In this document: piece by piece, positions 52,259 to 54,428 of the stretch
How positions within the stretch are numbered: the first letter of the stretch is position 1
How the letters are laid out: every line of letters starts with the position of its first letter
Assembly: GCA_964549685.1 (NCBI GenBank)
Contig: CAZJVE010000005.1
Location: 4,579-59,006, forward strand
Length of the DNA: 54,428 nt
From: an uncultured archaeon
GTDB lineage: Archaea; Altiarchaeota; Altiarchaeia; IMC4; QMZM01
Direction of reading: 5' to 3'
Notes under the pieces: model-generated
What the model was told of the DNA's origin: nothing
Seen by the model: only the letters and a program-made list of their open reading frames with translations
Databases searched by the model: none
Made by a program: the position numbers and the translations under genes

Positions 52259-52957
52259 ATGAATTTCATCAGAGAGCTGTTTGAGGGAGATTCTGAGCAT
52301 GAGTGGATTCATAATAAATTTATAAAATATAGTAAGGGTGAGTTCTCTGGCCCTTATATTTCCGTCAAGAAAGCCGGGGCTTTCCTGAAGATTAATTCTA
52401 GTGCAGATTACGTAAATATTCTTGGGATGTTGCTGGCGGGGACATTCTCCGGCAGTCTGAAAGTGGATGGCAGCATCATATCAAGGGAGAAGATTGACAC
52501 CTATCTCGAGACCATCGGCCTGGACGTAGTAAAGGCCGGGAAGAAGAAGGGGGTTTTCAAATACACAGTAAAGGGTGAGGTGGATTCCAAGGCCCTTGCA
52601 GAGCTGTATTCAAGGCTGCTTGACGGCGTTCTGCTCCTTAATCTTTCCGGGGATAAGGTTAACCTCAAGGTCAAGAAGAAGCTGCCCAAGCCCGGCTCCA
52701 AGCAGAACGAGAAGTTCTGCACAGGCAAGATGGAGCAGAATGAAAGGATTGTGGATGAGATTTGCTTTGATGTTGATGCCGGGAATTTCAAGGAAATTGA
52801 AATTTCTCATACATACACGATAAATGAACTGATAATCCCCGAGGACTGCAAGGACTTCTCTCTCGCCAGGGCTCTTGCAAAGAGGAAGGGCTCCGTCAGG
52901 AGGAGCGTAACGGTCGATGGGTCTGTGCACGAGACTGAAAAGAGATTGCTTGTCTGA
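52259..52957 (+). CDS. Hypothetical archaeal protein
   Basis: 232-aa ORF starting 4 nt after top6A; function unknown. Confidence 0.7.
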   Translation: MNFIRELFEGDSEHEWIHNKFIKYSKGEFSGPYISVKKAGAFLKINSSADYVNILGMLLAGTFSGSLKVDGSIISREKIDTYLETIGLDVVKAGKKKGVFKYTVKGEVDSKALAELYSRLLDGVLLLNLSGDKVNLKVKKKLPKPGSKQNEKFCTGKMEQNERIVDEICFDVDAGNFKEIEISHTYTINELIIPEDCKDFSLARALAKRKGSVRRSVTVDGSVHETEKRLLV

Positions 52958-52989
52958 TTTTATAGGTTGGAAAATCAATAGATTATGAG

Positions 52990-53508
52990 ATGAAATTCTA
53001 TGCCGCATTGATAGTTATTACTGTCCTGTTCATTGGCTGTATGGGCGAAGAGCCGCGGGTTGAGTCCCCTAGCGGAGTAACATATACCTGCCCGGACGGG
53101 TGGTCGATAACGGATGAGGTGGATTACGGGGCGGTTGGCCATTACAGCGCCTGCGAGAAAGACGGTGAGAATTCAAGCGGCGTCTTTGTCCTGTCGTGGT
53201 TCGGGGTCGAACAGGAGATTAGCGACTCGCTGGGTGATATGCGGGATACCCTGGAGGAGGGATACGGTGAGGAGGGGATGAATATAGAGGTCTCCGAGCC
53301 GGAGGATGCTTTCTTTATGGGATATGAAGCTCTGGTCTCTGACTATAGCCTATCCATTGAGGGGATTGATTTCAATGGCAGGATTATAGCATTCAACTGC
53401 AATGAGAAAAGCGTTGTCATTCTATCGCAGGAGGCAGCGAAGAACCACGACGAATACCTGGCTGATTTCGAGAGTATGGGGAATTCTGTAGAGTGCGGTG
53501 CTTCTTAG
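52990..53508 (+). CDS. Acidic lipoprotein, possibly PsbP/DcrB-like fold
   Basis: Lipobox FIGC; Y..P.GW motif and C-terminal F..M..S. Confidence 0.6.
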   Translation: MKFYAALIVITVLFIGCMGEEPRVESPSGVTYTCPDGWSITDEVDYGAVGHYSACEKDGENSSGVFVLSWFGVEQEISDSLGDMRDTLEEGYGEEGMNIEVSEPEDAFFMGYEALVSDYSLSIEGIDFNGRIIAFNCNEKSVVILSQEAAKNHDEYLADFESMGNSVECGAS

Positions 53509-53564
53509 AGACGGAGAATTCTGCGGAGTATAGATAGAGAATTCTGATTGGTCGAATCCGGCTA

Positions 53565-53596
53565 AGAATGAGTGTAGCCCCACAGTAACCTCCGGG
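53565..53596 (+). repeat. 32-bp direct repeat, copy 1
   Basis: AGAATGAGTGTAGCCCCACAGTAACCTCCGGG, identical to 54366-54397. Confidence 0.9.
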
Positions 53597-53618
53597 CAAC
53601 CTGCAGACAGGTTGATCA

Positions 53619-53673
53619 TCACAACGGGTATGTGGGGTTTCGCTATCGCTCAACCCCACTGAACGCATTATCT
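53619..53673 (-). other. Degenerate attC-like hairpin overlapping the stop of the 53668-54318 gene
   Basis: Minus strand AGATAAT-GCGTTCA-GTGGGGTT-GAGCGATAGCGA-AACCCCAC-ATACCC-GTTGTGA. Confidence 0.35.
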
Positions 53674-54318
53674 TTTTTTCTTTTTACCGTGTGTAAGGTA
53701 ATATGCAACAACTATCGTTATGATTCCACCAATTATCCACCAAATATAACCCCCCCAACCACCAGAGGGTGGTTCTATAGTTAAACTCCCCTCTTCATCA
53801 GGCAGTTCTATATCTTTCTTAGTCACTTTAAACTCCAATGGGTTTGCTGGGCTATCGGGTGTAGTACAATATTTTTCCTTTAACGTCTCTTCTTCAAAAC
53901 AGGTTATCGCACCCCCTATTGAACGTCCACCCTTAAAAGTAATCTGCCATGTACCAATCCTATCACCTTCGGGAAGGTTAACATACCCTTCCAGCGGAAT
54001 ATAAGTAGGTGTCTTACTAGTTGGTGGTAGTACGGGCAGATTCACAACCACTCCCCCAGTATAACAGTCAAAAGATTCTGCATTATGCTTACATTCCACA
54101 TCTACACTTAGTTTTTCAAAGAAAATCCATTTATCAGAAGGGTTAGTTGCTGTAACTTTAAGCATTAGTGCTTTTGATGAGTCTATATCTGAGGAGATAG
54201 TTACTTCTTCATTATTCCCATCCACGAGTTCAATACTAAAATCTATTTTTTCTTGTCCAGATACAAAGGATCCAAAAATCAAAATTGTTAAAAATATGAC
54301 AAATGTTGTTCTTTTCAT
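53668..54318 (-). CDS. Secreted protein with C-terminal membrane anchor
   Basis: Signal peptide MKRTTFVIFL..., C-terminal TM + KKKR; start placed at 54318 after AGGTGG; AT-richer than neighbours. Confidence 0.75.
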   Translation of the reverse strand: MKRTTFVIFLTILIFGSFVSGQEKIDFSIELVDGNNEEVTISSDIDSSKALMLKVTATNPSDKWIFFEKLSVDVECKHNAESFDCYTGGVVVNLPVLPPTSKTPTYIPLEGYVNLPEGDRIGTWQITFKGGRSIGGAITCFEEETLKEKYCTTPDSPANPLEFKVTKKDIELPDEEGSLTIEPPSGGWGGYIWWIIGGIITIVVAYYLTHGKKKKR

Positions 54319-54361
54319 ACCTACCACCTGCCTAACATTTGGACTTAAGAAATAAAAAGGG

Positions 54362-54427
54362 TTATAGAATGAGTGTAGCCCCACAGTAACCTCCGGGTTC
54401 ATTGGATAGGATTTCTCCTTCCTCATC
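54362..54427 (-). CDS. Possible 3' end of a gene entering from outside the window
   Basis: Open frame DEEGEILSNEPGGYCGATLIL*; too short to identify. Confidence 0.35.
   Translation of the reverse strand, partial: DEEGEILSNEPGGYCGATLIL
54366..54397 (+). repeat. 32-bp direct repeat, copy 2
   Basis: Identical to 53565-53596. Confidence 0.9.
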
Positions 54428-54428
54428 C

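Noticed and set aside
53481-53546. GAATTCTG occurring three times
   Set aside because: Too short and irregularly spaced to support an array or iterons
53565-54397. 32-bp repeats as a CRISPR array or DGR TR/VR pair
   Set aside because: Only two copies, 769 bp apart with a gene between; no adenine-specific mismatches; no cas or reverse transcriptase in view

Overview
Archaeal chromosomal window. Class I LysRS, PCNA, Fae-Hps, an unsplit Rpo2 and topoisomerase VI support this; an Altiarchaeota/DPANN-like affiliation is only an inference. Most of it is housekeeping: tRNA-Phe, a redox gene trio, trpEGDCFB with a TrpY-like regulator (no trpA in the window), pgk, fae-hps, glyA, a preQ0 operon, the RNA polymerase cluster joined to the distal spc ribosomal operon, cca and top6BA. 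The main discovery is a 6,083-bp cargo-carrying transposon (10797-16879). It has IS26-like 50-bp imperfect terminal inverted repeats and a perfect 8-bp target duplication (TGTTTTCA). A single internal IS6-family DDE transposase carries an N-terminal SWIM finger, faces a divergent small Zn-ribbon gene, and is flanked by cargo on both sides: Vsr + HNH nuclease + C5 methyltransferase, and an unknown soluble + membrane gene pair. It sits in the centre of a palindrome upstream of trpE. Other features missing from the ORF track: a canonical C/D box guide sRNA (2738-2799, minus strand), three small ORFs, a triple-palindrome leader upstream of the que operon, a 58-bp module shared by two ribosomal-protein extensions, and a one-gene cassette-like insert between 32-bp direct repeats at the right end. 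All family calls come from motif recognition by eye, with no database search.
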